A stretch of DNA of 64,000 nucleotides from a virus. The translations under genes and the position numbers were made by a program. Numbering within the stretch: the first letter of the stretch is position 1; the number at the start of each line of letters is the position of its first letter. Positions 9,701 through 18,508 of the stretch are shown here, piece by piece. The notes below the pieces were generated by a model. The model was not told the origin of the DNA, did no database searches, and was given only the letters and a program-made list of their open reading frames with translations. Where the stretch lies: positions 24,475 to 88,474 of the IMG/VR virus record IMGVR_UViG_3300043411_000910; one strand, written 5' to 3'.

Positions 9701-11645
9701 CTCTATATTTGATAGATTGATACAAGAAAAAAGAATGTATGGTAAATCAATATATCCAGAATTTATAGATAATATGTTTACTAATCAATTAGATGCATTT
9801 AAAACAAAACTAGAAGTATCTGAAGATAATATAAGACTTTTATCTGCAATGATGGATTTAGCTGATGATAGTTCAATAAGTATATTTATCAACTCTTTTC
9901 CTAACTATGGAGCTGGACCAACTTTTTCTTTCTTAACTGATGATAATGGATATCTAATACAATATCAAGATTTATTAAAACAATCTTTACCAGAAGCTAT
10001 AGAGAATCAAAACTTTCAGGCGATACAAAATCAATCTAATTCATCTAGATCTTTTTTTACTTCTGCTAATAGATATGATACCTTGTCACAATTTATGAAG
10101 CCAGAATATAGATCTAAGTTTACAGATGTATCAAGCGTATTTGCTTCAGATAGAATAAATAGAATAAATAATAGAATACAATCTAAAACTGGTCAAAAAG
10201 TTAATTTAGATAATTATATACTTGTAAGCGATCCAGGACTTATTAAAAATGTAATTCCTGCTAGAAAATCAATTGACATATTCAAAATAACAAAAGAGCT
10301 TGGAGATAGATTAGCCGAGAGACAAAGAACTGTTAAGCAATTCTATGAATCACTTAAGAATTCAATTGAGACTAATTCTATTTTTGATAATACTACACAG
10401 AATAGATTATTCACGCCAGGTATCAATAATAAAGCTGTACCAGAATCTTTAGAGCATATGATAGAAGATGAAAACTTTGATGACTATGGATTTGGATCAG
10501 GTTCCAGATATGTTATAAGAAATTATCAAATAAAAGATTTTTCAATAACTGAAGAGGCTCCAAATTATACTGGTGTAACTGTAAGTGGTTCTTTTAATCT
10601 ATACGAGGAATCAAGAAACCAGGGTCCAGCTGAACTAAATTCATTGCCTGCGGGTGGTAATGGTTTAACGAGTGCAACAGCTATAGATTATGATCTTATG
10701 AGAATGTATGGCTTTAAAAGTGTTAGCAATGTAAACGTTCCATTCTTATCTGATCCACAATCACAATGTGCTCCATATGCATCAATGCTTTTAAGTATTG
10801 CCAGAAAAAATATACTAAGAGCAAACGTAACAATTGTTGGCAATGAATATTATCAACCATCAGAAGTTGTGTATATTGAAGATATTGGATTGCTATTCTA
10901 TATAGAGAGTGTATCTCATAGATTTCAATTTGGATCAAGTTTTACGACTACATTGAGCTTAACTTATGGTCATGCTCCTGGTGATTACATCCCAAATGTT
11001 TTGGATATGGTTGGCAAAGTAATATATAAAAACCAAGACGCCAAAGATTTTATTAACTATAGACAGCAAAATTCATATAATGAACAAAATATTGGAATAA
11101 TAATACTAGATCCAAATTCATCATCTGTGTTTAAATTAAAGTCAGACTCGGATGAGTTTGTTAGTAGATATTCTCAAGCTAATGCAAAAACTATAAATGA
11201 TATTATCTATACCACAGCATATCGGCTTGATATTAATAATATCAAAGATCAAAACTTAAAAGTTACAATAGAGCTTAGAACATACTATGATTCATCTACA
11301 CCTACACCAAATCAACTTATAAAATTAAAAGAAGAGGTATCCCAAATACTTACTGGAACAAAGCAAGTATTTAAAGAAAGCGCAAGTGGGGAAATAAAAA
11401 TAACATTACCAAAAGAGTTTATAATTATAATAACCGATAGCTCATCTGAGATTAATTTAGATGATATGGAAGATACTAGATCACCATCTAATAAAGCTAC
11501 TTCTTCAGCTAGGGATATATCTAATGATAACTCTTCTTATACTTCATCAAGCAAGTTTAAAGATAACTCTGACAAGATAAGAGAAGGTTTAATTAATTAC
11601 ATGATAGATTGTTGGATAAAGTTTGAGTATACAGGAAAACAATGA
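6768..11645 (+). CDS. Baseplate hub protein (T4 gp27 / P2 gpD-like), enlarged
   Basis: EVFCDTQGHIRVQPP and C-terminal ANVTIVGNEYYQPSEVVYI..FYIESVSHRFQFGSSFTTTLSL hub motifs; 1625 aa. Confidence 0.7.
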   Translation: MSFLEGLTNKLSSALTVSENSKDNLNYSDFENISNKVDTSATRNYVEEGFSRTDPYFTDIKSIEILMQEPSATVLVKKKMFSSLANNFRPDYMSKDEKLFYKACNALFYNKAQQISALERLSKIEKIIDKNETLTDSFMPSIISLVDSLTANDSIVGTTSLFGGNNGLKDLFSITDRIRKLYAFTKPSQFTKWIDSPTAMFSGVYGEGTGVFEITNFTDFSTAVGNSLGKGRADFNIVDPYKASFITEYDIEKAISDATNLFYNKKTFNFSESQINESIGTYKAKLNSLRSKRRVSEIDVSINPDSSIGEKVVARLTNGQKIIFTQNSSKALGSLFSFSLSNKSSEVEVSGAYLIDGEILGNQGLNTKAEDVNVFESGSFLYNKTSELELFQNLISSIYLKLTLTNNSQNTFQINNQLTNYARRKMNFYFLGRNIIQPMDEVRIFISSKTKLDSNVSSGLREAFAGQNFIEKFSSTVYDIQNQFNAIFNASQNLDLQAEKSIYVGQSFPNQLWNMIRGYFVNDKEGPCVFAGVVGSSNLSGSPGSYKLSVNCSDNSSYFNNGQVNFNPGVDNFNGYIYDPLTPFESKFDQVSTNLTNQIPQLLEENRIILNNAGKGILKYKSGPGAGQLATQDNFIQDVSIDPRTGAKKQVYYGPDGLVYNWKQGIGVFTQYGNSISLNDPSTVGNQNVYNNPFAGQDVMNVISLAITGKPYNFINYWKAVQNLEGYSRDPYNNTDAAYSYSNSLKQDLSKNNMLWGNFIPFKTLVIDELSYAKVLNAERSILRTVDQLEDNINKLKDIDNGLYLFGLSGIGSGTDTFAKATILSAQAQAINNDVEVLKNNLLQEDVSNYGLKIVGSDVTFDADQFLSQEDPNKSLNQSNVRRSLRRKTNQLTRRMPWAVRANEDKNLLIVDDSYDKDYDIAAYDKALQSNLSTLYSNGFTTVGENITSAANLLNLEVFCDTQGHIRVQPPQYNKIPSSIFDRLIQEKRMYGKSIYPEFIDNMFTNQLDAFKTKLEVSEDNIRLLSAMMDLADDSSISIFINSFPNYGAGPTFSFLTDDNGYLIQYQDLLKQSLPEAIENQNFQAIQNQSNSSRSFFTSANRYDTLSQFMKPEYRSKFTDVSSVFASDRINRINNRIQSKTGQKVNLDNYILVSDPGLIKNVIPARKSIDIFKITKELGDRLAERQRTVKQFYESLKNSIETNSIFDNTTQNRLFTPGINNKAVPESLEHMIEDENFDDYGFGSGSRYVIRNYQIKDFSITEEAPNYTGVTVSGSFNLYEESRNQGPAELNSLPAGGNGLTSATAIDYDLMRMYGFKSVSNVNVPFLSDPQSQCAPYASMLLSIARKNILRANVTIVGNEYYQPSEVVYIEDIGLLFYIESVSHRFQFGSSFTTTLSLTYGHAPGDYIPNVLDMVGKVIYKNQDAKDFINYRQQNSYNEQNIGIIILDPNSSSVFKLKSDSDEFVSRYSQANAKTINDIIYTTAYRLDINNIKDQNLKVTIELRTYYDSSTPTPNQLIKLKEEVSQILTGTKQVFKESASGEIKITLPKEFIIIITDSSSEINLDDMEDTRSPSNKATSSARDISNDNSSYTSSSKFKDNSDKIREGLINYMIDCWIKFEYTGKQ

Positions 11646-13582
11646 ATAAAGGTGCTAGAATATTTAATGAAGAAGTTGGTTTACCTAGAGAAGGTTTTAT
11701 AGTAGGATTTGATGCTATCAAAAGAATAGTTAAGGTTCAATTAAATTCTGGCGATTCTGTTCAAAACAAGTTTTATGTAGAAGCACCATTACCAATGATA
11801 TCTGCGCAAAACAATGGGTTAATAAACTTATCTTATCCAACCAATGGTACTCCAGTTGTTGTCGCTCAAGGAAGCGGTGGTAGGTATTATATACTACAAT
11901 ATCTTTCTGATGGAATAGATCAGATTCCAATATCAAAGAATGAATATCTTTTGCAGTCAAGCGATTTTACTAAATTTAAATTATTGTCCAATGATATATT
12001 CATTGGATCAGATGAATCTAGAATAAATATAAACACTAATCTTGGTCATTACACAAGAAACTTTAATAATGAATATTCTTTTACGGATGGATCAAGAAAG
12101 ATAAACTCTACAATATTTAGAGAAAGATATATAAATGTAAATTTAGCTGACTCTAACAACATATTAGATTCAAAAAGATATTTATTAAAGCAATCAGTTA
12201 ACCTTGATCCTAAATCTAATGGTAATGATACTTCAGTTGGTTCAACTAAAAACCCAATGTTAATGGAGTCAAGGGAGTTAATATTTGAACACAAAAATTC
12301 TTCTAATATATTAAACGATGTATCTGAATCATTGAACTATAAATCAATAGTTGATAATAAATCTTATTCTTATCCAGATAGAACCAAATCACGATGTGAT
12401 GTTTTGAATTTAAATCTAAACAACCCAAATTATCTTATAGAGACAGTAAAAGGTACACTTGTTGATATCTTTGGTAACATACTTGATCTTAATAGATATC
12501 CACTAGATTTTGATAGTACAACCACTTTATCTAACAATGAAAACATAGATAAAACTCAAACATTTCTAAATCTAAAAGCATTACAAAGAAAATCAATAGC
12601 TTATCATTTTGAACTTAACTCAAGAAAAGACTTATCTGGATCAAATGGTAAAATATCTATTCCTGATATTAATTCAACTGATGATAAAGCTAGGGCTAGA
12701 AGTAGATTCTTCTTAGACATAGATAAAGAAGGTCAGATAAAACTAAATGTTTCTGCTTCTAGTGAAACAGGCAACATACCAATATTATCTAGATATGAAA
12801 ACTATTCTAATATATCTGAGGATGATAATAAAAATCCTAACAAATTAATATTTAGGGAAGATTATCTCGATGTACTGCATGATAGTTTTGGAGTAGGTGT
12901 TATTTCTGTTTTAAAGAATGACAATGAATCTACTCCTATTGATAGAATAACAAAATCTCATATAAAGCATGGTACAGCACATCATAATTTATTGAAAACA
13001 TGTTTTGCTGCACAAACATTAGATTTTATAGATTATCAGAATGATACGACTATAAAGCTTGACTCAAGTTATTTATTAACTAATTTTATTCAAGAGAAGA
13101 TAATAGCATATGGACCAAATGCAAATGCTGGCGGAAGAAGTGGTCAATTGAATTTTGATGGATCATTAGAGCTTAACGTAGGAGCTAATACAAGCGATAG
13201 GCAATCTATGTTGTTAGATTTTGCCGGTGGTGTTATTGGTAATATTGGTCGAGATAGAAATAACAATAGCATGATTTTGGGTATGGATGGAAATATGTTT
13301 GTGCAAATAGGTGGAAATGGAGTTTCTGGTGATTCTAGATTCAGTTCATTAAACAATGGATACCTTGATGGAACGTTGGATATTAGGGTTATGCGTCCAG
13401 GGTATCAAGCTACGATGCTAAGAATTGATAAAGAAGGTATTAAGGTTATGACGGCTGGTAGGATGATGTTTCATGCAAATAGTGATATTGTATTTAAATC
13501 TGATGCAAATATGACTATAGAGGCAGAGACATTGGTTATGAATGGAAGAGTTGTTTATAAAACTTTTGGTGGTGAAATATGA
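11642..13582 (+). CDS. Baseplate central spike protein (gp5/gpV-like)
   Basis: N-terminal OB-fold pattern (GFIVGFD..RIVKVQL..YPTNGTPVVV) and C-terminal alternating beta-strand repeats; follows the hub. Confidence 0.65.
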   Translation: MNKGARIFNEEVGLPREGFIVGFDAIKRIVKVQLNSGDSVQNKFYVEAPLPMISAQNNGLINLSYPTNGTPVVVAQGSGGRYYILQYLSDGIDQIPISKNEYLLQSSDFTKFKLLSNDIFIGSDESRININTNLGHYTRNFNNEYSFTDGSRKINSTIFRERYINVNLADSNNILDSKRYLLKQSVNLDPKSNGNDTSVGSTKNPMLMESRELIFEHKNSSNILNDVSESLNYKSIVDNKSYSYPDRTKSRCDVLNLNLNNPNYLIETVKGTLVDIFGNILDLNRYPLDFDSTTTLSNNENIDKTQTFLNLKALQRKSIAYHFELNSRKDLSGSNGKISIPDINSTDDKARARSRFFLDIDKEGQIKLNVSASSETGNIPILSRYENYSNISEDDNKNPNKLIFREDYLDVLHDSFGVGVISVLKNDNESTPIDRITKSHIKHGTAHHNLLKTCFAAQTLDFIDYQNDTTIKLDSSYLLTNFIQEKIIAYGPNANAGGRSGQLNFDGSLELNVGANTSDRQSMLLDFAGGVIGNIGRDRNNNSMILGMDGNMFVQIGGNGVSGDSRFSSLNNGYLDGTLDIRVMRPGYQATMLRIDKEGIKVMTAGRMMFHANSDIVFKSDANMTIEAETLVMNGRVVYKTFGGEI

Positions 13583-13881
13583 AAAAAATATCTAAAGTAC
13601 TATATGATAGACTATATGTCCAAGCTGAGCTAGCCAAAGATATTGGCAACAAACAATTATCTGATAGCATATTTAAAATAATAGGCGCTGGAGTTGAAGA
13701 ATCTGATCAGAATATAAATGAGATAGAGGATAACGTTAAATCTTCATTGATTAATTGCATAATAGATTTAGCAGACCATTATAACAAACAAGATATAGAT
13801 ATATCAGAGATAAATAAATTTTCAGAATTATTTGTAAAGTTATTTATTAAAAAATCAAAAGAACATCTTAAAGTAGATTAA
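13579..13881 (+). CDS. Hypothetical protein
   Basis: 100-aa ORF with ATGA overlap with the upstream gene. Confidence 0.6.
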   Translation: MKKISKVLYDRLYVQAELAKDIGNKQLSDSIFKIIGAGVEESDQNINEIEDNVKSSLINCIIDLADHYNKQDIDISEINKFSELFVKLFIKKSKEHLKVD

Positions 13882-13888
13882 GGAAAAA

Positions 13889-16105
13889 ATGCCTTGTGAT
13901 ATTAATGATATTGATGTAAAAATAACTTCGCCAACTGGACCTTCTATACCAGGATTTGGCTCTCCTTTCAGTATTAGTCTTCCACAAAACCTATTTCAAT
14001 TTCCAAATGGTTTTCCACAAAATCTTTTGGATATGTTTAATAAATTTAACATTAATTTACCAATAGGTCAATTAAAGTCACCACTTAATCCTAATTTCGG
14101 TAGAGATGCTTTTGATTCAATAATGAAATTATTGGATCAATTTTTTCCATTTCTAATGCTTTATAAATTCTTCTTACCAATACTAAATCTAATAGTTTGT
14201 ATAATAGAAGTTATTTGTAGTTTAAAGAATCCTTTCAAGTTAAGAAGAGCTATACTTAGACTATTTAGAAACTGTATTCCAGATTTTCTAAGTCTATTTC
14301 CTATATTTGCTCTTATAGTAATGATAATATCTTTGCTATTATTAATTCTACAATTGATAGAATATATATTAGAGCAATTAAAAAAACTAATAGATGCTAT
14401 TTTAAAAAACATAGCTACATTAGAGCATGCTATCAGTATAGCCGACGAAGAATCCATATTAGCTGCGTCTAAAAAATTCGCTGGATTTTTATGTTTTTTC
14501 CAAAACATATTTGTTATACTAGCTGCTTTCGCTGTACTCATACAAGCAATAAAAGAAATACTAAAGATAAAATTCAGAATCCCACCATGTGATAGTGATT
14601 CTGCTTCTAATATAACAGAAGAAGAGTTTTTAAATCAATGCTGCGGAACTGATGTTTGCCCAAGTGTAGTTAAAGAAAATATCAATAGATCAACTGGATC
14701 ATTTCAACATTATAATAAAGTTGTTCTTGTATCTTCAGTAGATCTAGGGTATGTTGTTGATCCAAATGCTGGAACTAAGTTAACCCAAACAATAAGAAAT
14801 TCATCATTTCAGCTTTATGATACAGCACAAGCTATAAGTGAAAGATTCTTGAATGTTATTGATGGATATGATATCCCAGATTTTATTGTGCCTAAGCCAG
14901 TATTCTTTCCAACAGATGCTAGCTATTCAGCTTCAACTAATCCAAAGCAAGCGGCTTATACTGTTGATTTAGATTTATTCTATAATCCAACTTCATATGA
15001 TAGGAACAATGTTTTAGTTGATGGCTCTCCGCGCAGAGTTAAGTTTAAAGATTGTATAGTTCTTGCGGCGCCCTCGACTTCGCTTTTGGATTTCCAGAAT
15101 GCTACGGCTTCGGTGGCTAATGGTGTAATATTGTTGGCTGGCGGATCTGGATATGAAGAAGATGGTACTACAAAATTGTTAGGATATTTTTCAGATGGAT
15201 ACACGCAAATTTCATCTCAAGCTACTCTAGAAACATTTTTAATGATGAAACCATTATATGATACGAGTCCAGAGCTAAAAGTAACTGATGGTTATTTATA
15301 CTCTGATGTTCAATATGAATTCAAACCAAACTTTGATTTGTTATTTAGCAAAGATCTTGTTACTGGAGGATGTTCACCAGATGTTGAATTTAATAGAGTG
15401 TTTATAAATTCAACAGTTGGTGGTGATGCTAATATAAGATTTGCAGCTTTATCAGCATTAGTTAATTCAGATGGGTCTGGAGAAAACAATGGTATAGATG
15501 GAACAAATAATCCTCCATTTAAGTTCCCAAATATAACAAATGCACAAAACTGTTTAAATGCATCAATAGAAGGGTTAAGGAGAAATTTCAATAGAGAACA
15601 AGTTGCAATATTTAATACATCAATAACTTCATGTTTAGATAACTTAAAGCAAGAATCATTAAATGCAATAGGTGAATTGGTTGGTATTGGATTTGATCAA
15701 TATAAGTCAACATTTACTATTGACCCAGTTTCTCAATTTACAACTAAAACAATAAAAGTAAAAGTTGATTTACTTGACTCAAACTCACAATCGATAACAA
15801 ATAATCTAACCCAAGAAGTTTCTGATTTAATTGCAAAAGAAATAACTGCATCTGTAACTTTTGGAAGTGTTAGTGACTTTGTTTATGATGGAAGTAGATA
15901 TTTCGTTGCGAGTATATCAGCTGATCAATCAGGATCAGGTACAATATCTGTAGAATATCAAAACAAACAATTTACTACTCTAACAATACCAGATGATTTA
16001 GATGTTAATCCTTCATCTACTGCATTAGTATTAGATTATACATTCATATATGTCGATGCTCTAAATGACAATGGACAAGTAAGAAGAGACATATCAGATC
16101 TATAA
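13889..16105 (+). CDS. Putative baseplate/virion protein with long hydrophobic helices and a C-terminal Ig-like region
   Basis: AAGGA RBS; three hydrophobic segments in residues ~85-225; many Cys; located in the baseplate cluster. Confidence 0.6.
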   Translation: MPCDINDIDVKITSPTGPSIPGFGSPFSISLPQNLFQFPNGFPQNLLDMFNKFNINLPIGQLKSPLNPNFGRDAFDSIMKLLDQFFPFLMLYKFFLPILNLIVCIIEVICSLKNPFKLRRAILRLFRNCIPDFLSLFPIFALIVMIISLLLLILQLIEYILEQLKKLIDAILKNIATLEHAISIADEESILAASKKFAGFLCFFQNIFVILAAFAVLIQAIKEILKIKFRIPPCDSDSASNITEEEFLNQCCGTDVCPSVVKENINRSTGSFQHYNKVVLVSSVDLGYVVDPNAGTKLTQTIRNSSFQLYDTAQAISERFLNVIDGYDIPDFIVPKPVFFPTDASYSASTNPKQAAYTVDLDLFYNPTSYDRNNVLVDGSPRRVKFKDCIVLAAPSTSLLDFQNATASVANGVILLAGGSGYEEDGTTKLLGYFSDGYTQISSQATLETFLMMKPLYDTSPELKVTDGYLYSDVQYEFKPNFDLLFSKDLVTGGCSPDVEFNRVFINSTVGGDANIRFAALSALVNSDGSGENNGIDGTNNPPFKFPNITNAQNCLNASIEGLRRNFNREQVAIFNTSITSCLDNLKQESLNAIGELVGIGFDQYKSTFTIDPVSQFTTKTIKVKVDLLDSNSQSITNNLTQEVSDLIAKEITASVTFGSVSDFVYDGSRYFVASISADQSGSGTISVEYQNKQFTTLTIPDDLDVNPSSTALVLDYTFIYVDALNDNGQVRRDISDL

Positions 16106-16114
16106 TAAGGTACT

Positions 16115-17701
16115 ATGAGCGATAACCAAGAGATTTTCAAAAATTTCCAACAATATGAAATTGACCTAGATATTATTTATGATCAATTCATAAAGCCACT
16201 AGACTCCATTAGAAGCTTTATTAATGTTAATAGCGCTTCTAATGAGGGTTTATTTAAGAAAGTCTCAGTTAATAATATAATGGGAGTATCTAGATTCTCT
16301 ATAGAAGAAAAATATCAAGAAAGCAGAATTCATGCTTTCTTCAGGATGATTGGATTTCCTGTCATTGGTAATGATAATTCTTTTTATAATCCAGGGTTTG
16401 ATTTAAATAGAAATAAATCAATATCACTAGAGTCAAAGATAAATATAATAAACAATCCTAAAGAAGGTTATTATAAATTCTCAAAATTTAAAGAGGGATA
16501 TTATAATGATAAGGTAAAAAGATATTTTAAATCACAAGATTTAGATTCTTCTTGTTATATCTTGTCTTCTTACAATATAAGAGATTTCAGTGATTTTGAA
16601 TCTAAATATGTGAATCCAATAGATTTTGAAGTTGAGGATCAAAGCTATCTTATTACGCTTGAAGATTCAATTGGCAATCCATTTTTAAAGTATGAAGATT
16701 CTGCTGGCGATAACCCAAAGACTTTAAATCCAAAAAGATATCACTTTATATTTCCATTTATTGTAGATGGTAGAATAGATATTTCTTGTTCTAAAAAAGT
16801 AGCTGTCCCATTTGTGCCAGATAAAACTTATCTTGATTTAAATGAAGGTTATGTATGTCCAAGACCATATATAGAAAAGATAATAAGAGAAAGATTTGAC
16901 CAGTCAAATAATAATAAAGATCTAGGTCAAGCTTTTAATGATGAAATAAATAGAGTTAAGCTAAATAAAATTTATACATCAACAGATCTTATAGATAAAA
17001 TCTATAGTAGCGATATTTATGGAGTTAGTGAAAAGAACCAATTCAACAAATTCATAAACATAAGTTTAGCTATAGTAGATAAAATAAGGCTTAGTAGAAT
17101 AGATATACAAAAGGCACAATCTTTTACCTATTGGAATCCAATGCCATCTATAGATGGTCCAGAGTATTCTATTAGAAATCAAAATGTATATTTACAATCA
17201 GCAAAGAATTTGCAAAAGAAAGTAGATTTAGATATTTGTGATTTACAAACAAAAATAATTGTAAACCTTCTAAATACTCAACTAAATAAAATATCTAATA
17301 CTAACTCCCAATTTAATTTTGACGCCTTCTCTCAAAATGTTCAAGATGATAATCCTGGATTAGGATCAACATTAGAATCCCAGATAGAATCTTTAAATAA
17401 GAAAAGAGAAAGTATTTGCAAAAAAGGCTCAGATGGTTTAAAAACAATAGAATTATTAACTGGAGAATTCAGTGGGCTTGGGTTGATAGATATGATTGTT
17501 ATCATAACTAGTTTATATTTGGTTGATAAAATATATTTGTTAGGATTACTTGATGATGATTCTTTTAATAGGGCAAAGCTAATTTTAAACTTTACTGAAG
17601 AGCGTGCAAGTGTTATGAATTCTATATTAGAGATACAAAAGAAAAGTTTAGAGTTATACTCTATATTTCAAACAACTATGAATGAGTATAGTAAAATATA
17701 A
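16115..17701 (+). CDS. Hypothetical virion-module protein
   Basis: 528-aa ORF with AAGG RBS in the baseplate cluster; no motif recognised. Confidence 0.6.
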   Translation: MSDNQEIFKNFQQYEIDLDIIYDQFIKPLDSIRSFINVNSASNEGLFKKVSVNNIMGVSRFSIEEKYQESRIHAFFRMIGFPVIGNDNSFYNPGFDLNRNKSISLESKINIINNPKEGYYKFSKFKEGYYNDKVKRYFKSQDLDSSCYILSSYNIRDFSDFESKYVNPIDFEVEDQSYLITLEDSIGNPFLKYEDSAGDNPKTLNPKRYHFIFPFIVDGRIDISCSKKVAVPFVPDKTYLDLNEGYVCPRPYIEKIIRERFDQSNNNKDLGQAFNDEINRVKLNKIYTSTDLIDKIYSSDIYGVSEKNQFNKFINISLAIVDKIRLSRIDIQKAQSFTYWNPMPSIDGPEYSIRNQNVYLQSAKNLQKKVDLDICDLQTKIIVNLLNTQLNKISNTNSQFNFDAFSQNVQDDNPGLGSTLESQIESLNKKRESICKKGSDGLKTIELLTGEFSGLGLIDMIVIITSLYLVDKIYLLGLLDDDSFNRAKLILNFTEERASVMNSILEIQKKSLELYSIFQTTMNEYSKI

Positions 17702-17702
17702 A

Positions 17703-18032
17703 TTAATCATAAGCCGTTGAAATTTCTATTTCAGCAACTAGCTTGTTTTTACCATTTATGTTTTTTATTATGTACTTTGGTTTATGAAATGTCCCAGCGA
17801 TGTATTCTTGTATTACCATCTGAAAAACTTCTTCATTATCTATAATATGTATGTTATGTTCATTGAATAATTCTCTTAACATATATTTTATTTCTACTGA
17901 GTCTTGGGATTTAAAGATACCATTATCATTGATTTCCAGACATTTTAGAAGTTCTTTTATGAAAATGAATAAATGCCTTTGTTCAAAGTTTTCTTTATTC
18001 TCATATAGATCTAGAACGAACAATTGTTTCAT
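17703..18032 (-). CDS. Hypothetical protein, opposite strand inside the baseplate cluster
   Basis: Fills the gap between two + strand genes exactly. ATG at 18032 (track start TTG 18038). Confidence 0.55.
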   Translation of the reverse strand: MKQLFVLDLYENKENFEQRHLFIFIKELLKCLEINDNGIFKSQDSVEIKYMLRELFNEHNIHIIDNEEVFQMVIQEYIAGTFHKPKYIIKNINGKNKLVAEIEISTAYD

Positions 18033-18054
18033 AAACAAATATGTTTATAGGGAT

Positions 18055-18489
18055 ATGATGTCATTTGATTTTAAACTTAAAGATGGAAGTGTAAGTATTG
18101 TTGATGGTGAACTTGAAATAGTTCAAGACTCTGAAAAATTAATACAGGATGTTTTGAAGATATGTTTAACACCTGTTGGGTCAAATTATTTGAATCCTTG
18201 GTATGGGTCTTATTTGAGTAAATCTGTAGTTGGCTCTTCAGAAGATCCTAAGCTTATAATAAATATAGCTAAATCACAATTATCAAAAGCTATAGAAAAT
18301 TTAAAGAAAATGCAAGATATGCAGATTAAAAATTTTCAACAAGTATCAGCAGATGAACAGATATCATCTATAAGATCTATTGACGTTTTTCAAGACAATA
18401 ATAATCCAGGAGTCTATAATATAAATATAACAATTATCTCTAAGGGATTTAAAGCTATATCTACTAGATTTACTCTATCAACAATATAA
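18055..18489 (+). CDS. Baseplate wedge subunit / sheath initiator (T4 gp25-like)
   Basis: Start refined to ATG 18055 after AGGGA. KLIQDVLKICLTPVGSNYLNPWYGSYL gp25-type motif; precedes baseplate J. Confidence 0.8.
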   Translation: MMSFDFKLKDGSVSIVDGELEIVQDSEKLIQDVLKICLTPVGSNYLNPWYGSYLSKSVVGSSEDPKLIINIAKSQLSKAIENLKKMQDMQIKNFQQVSADEQISSIRSIDVFQDNNNPGVYNINITIISKGFKAISTRFTLSTI

Positions 18490-18508
18490 GTTGTATAAGA
18501 AGGTTTAA

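Noticed and set aside
17851-18054. N-terminal extensions in the ORF track (17851, also 2723, 29520, 34560, 41790)
   Set aside because: Downstream ATGs have better RBSs. The extensions overlap other genes or hairpins.
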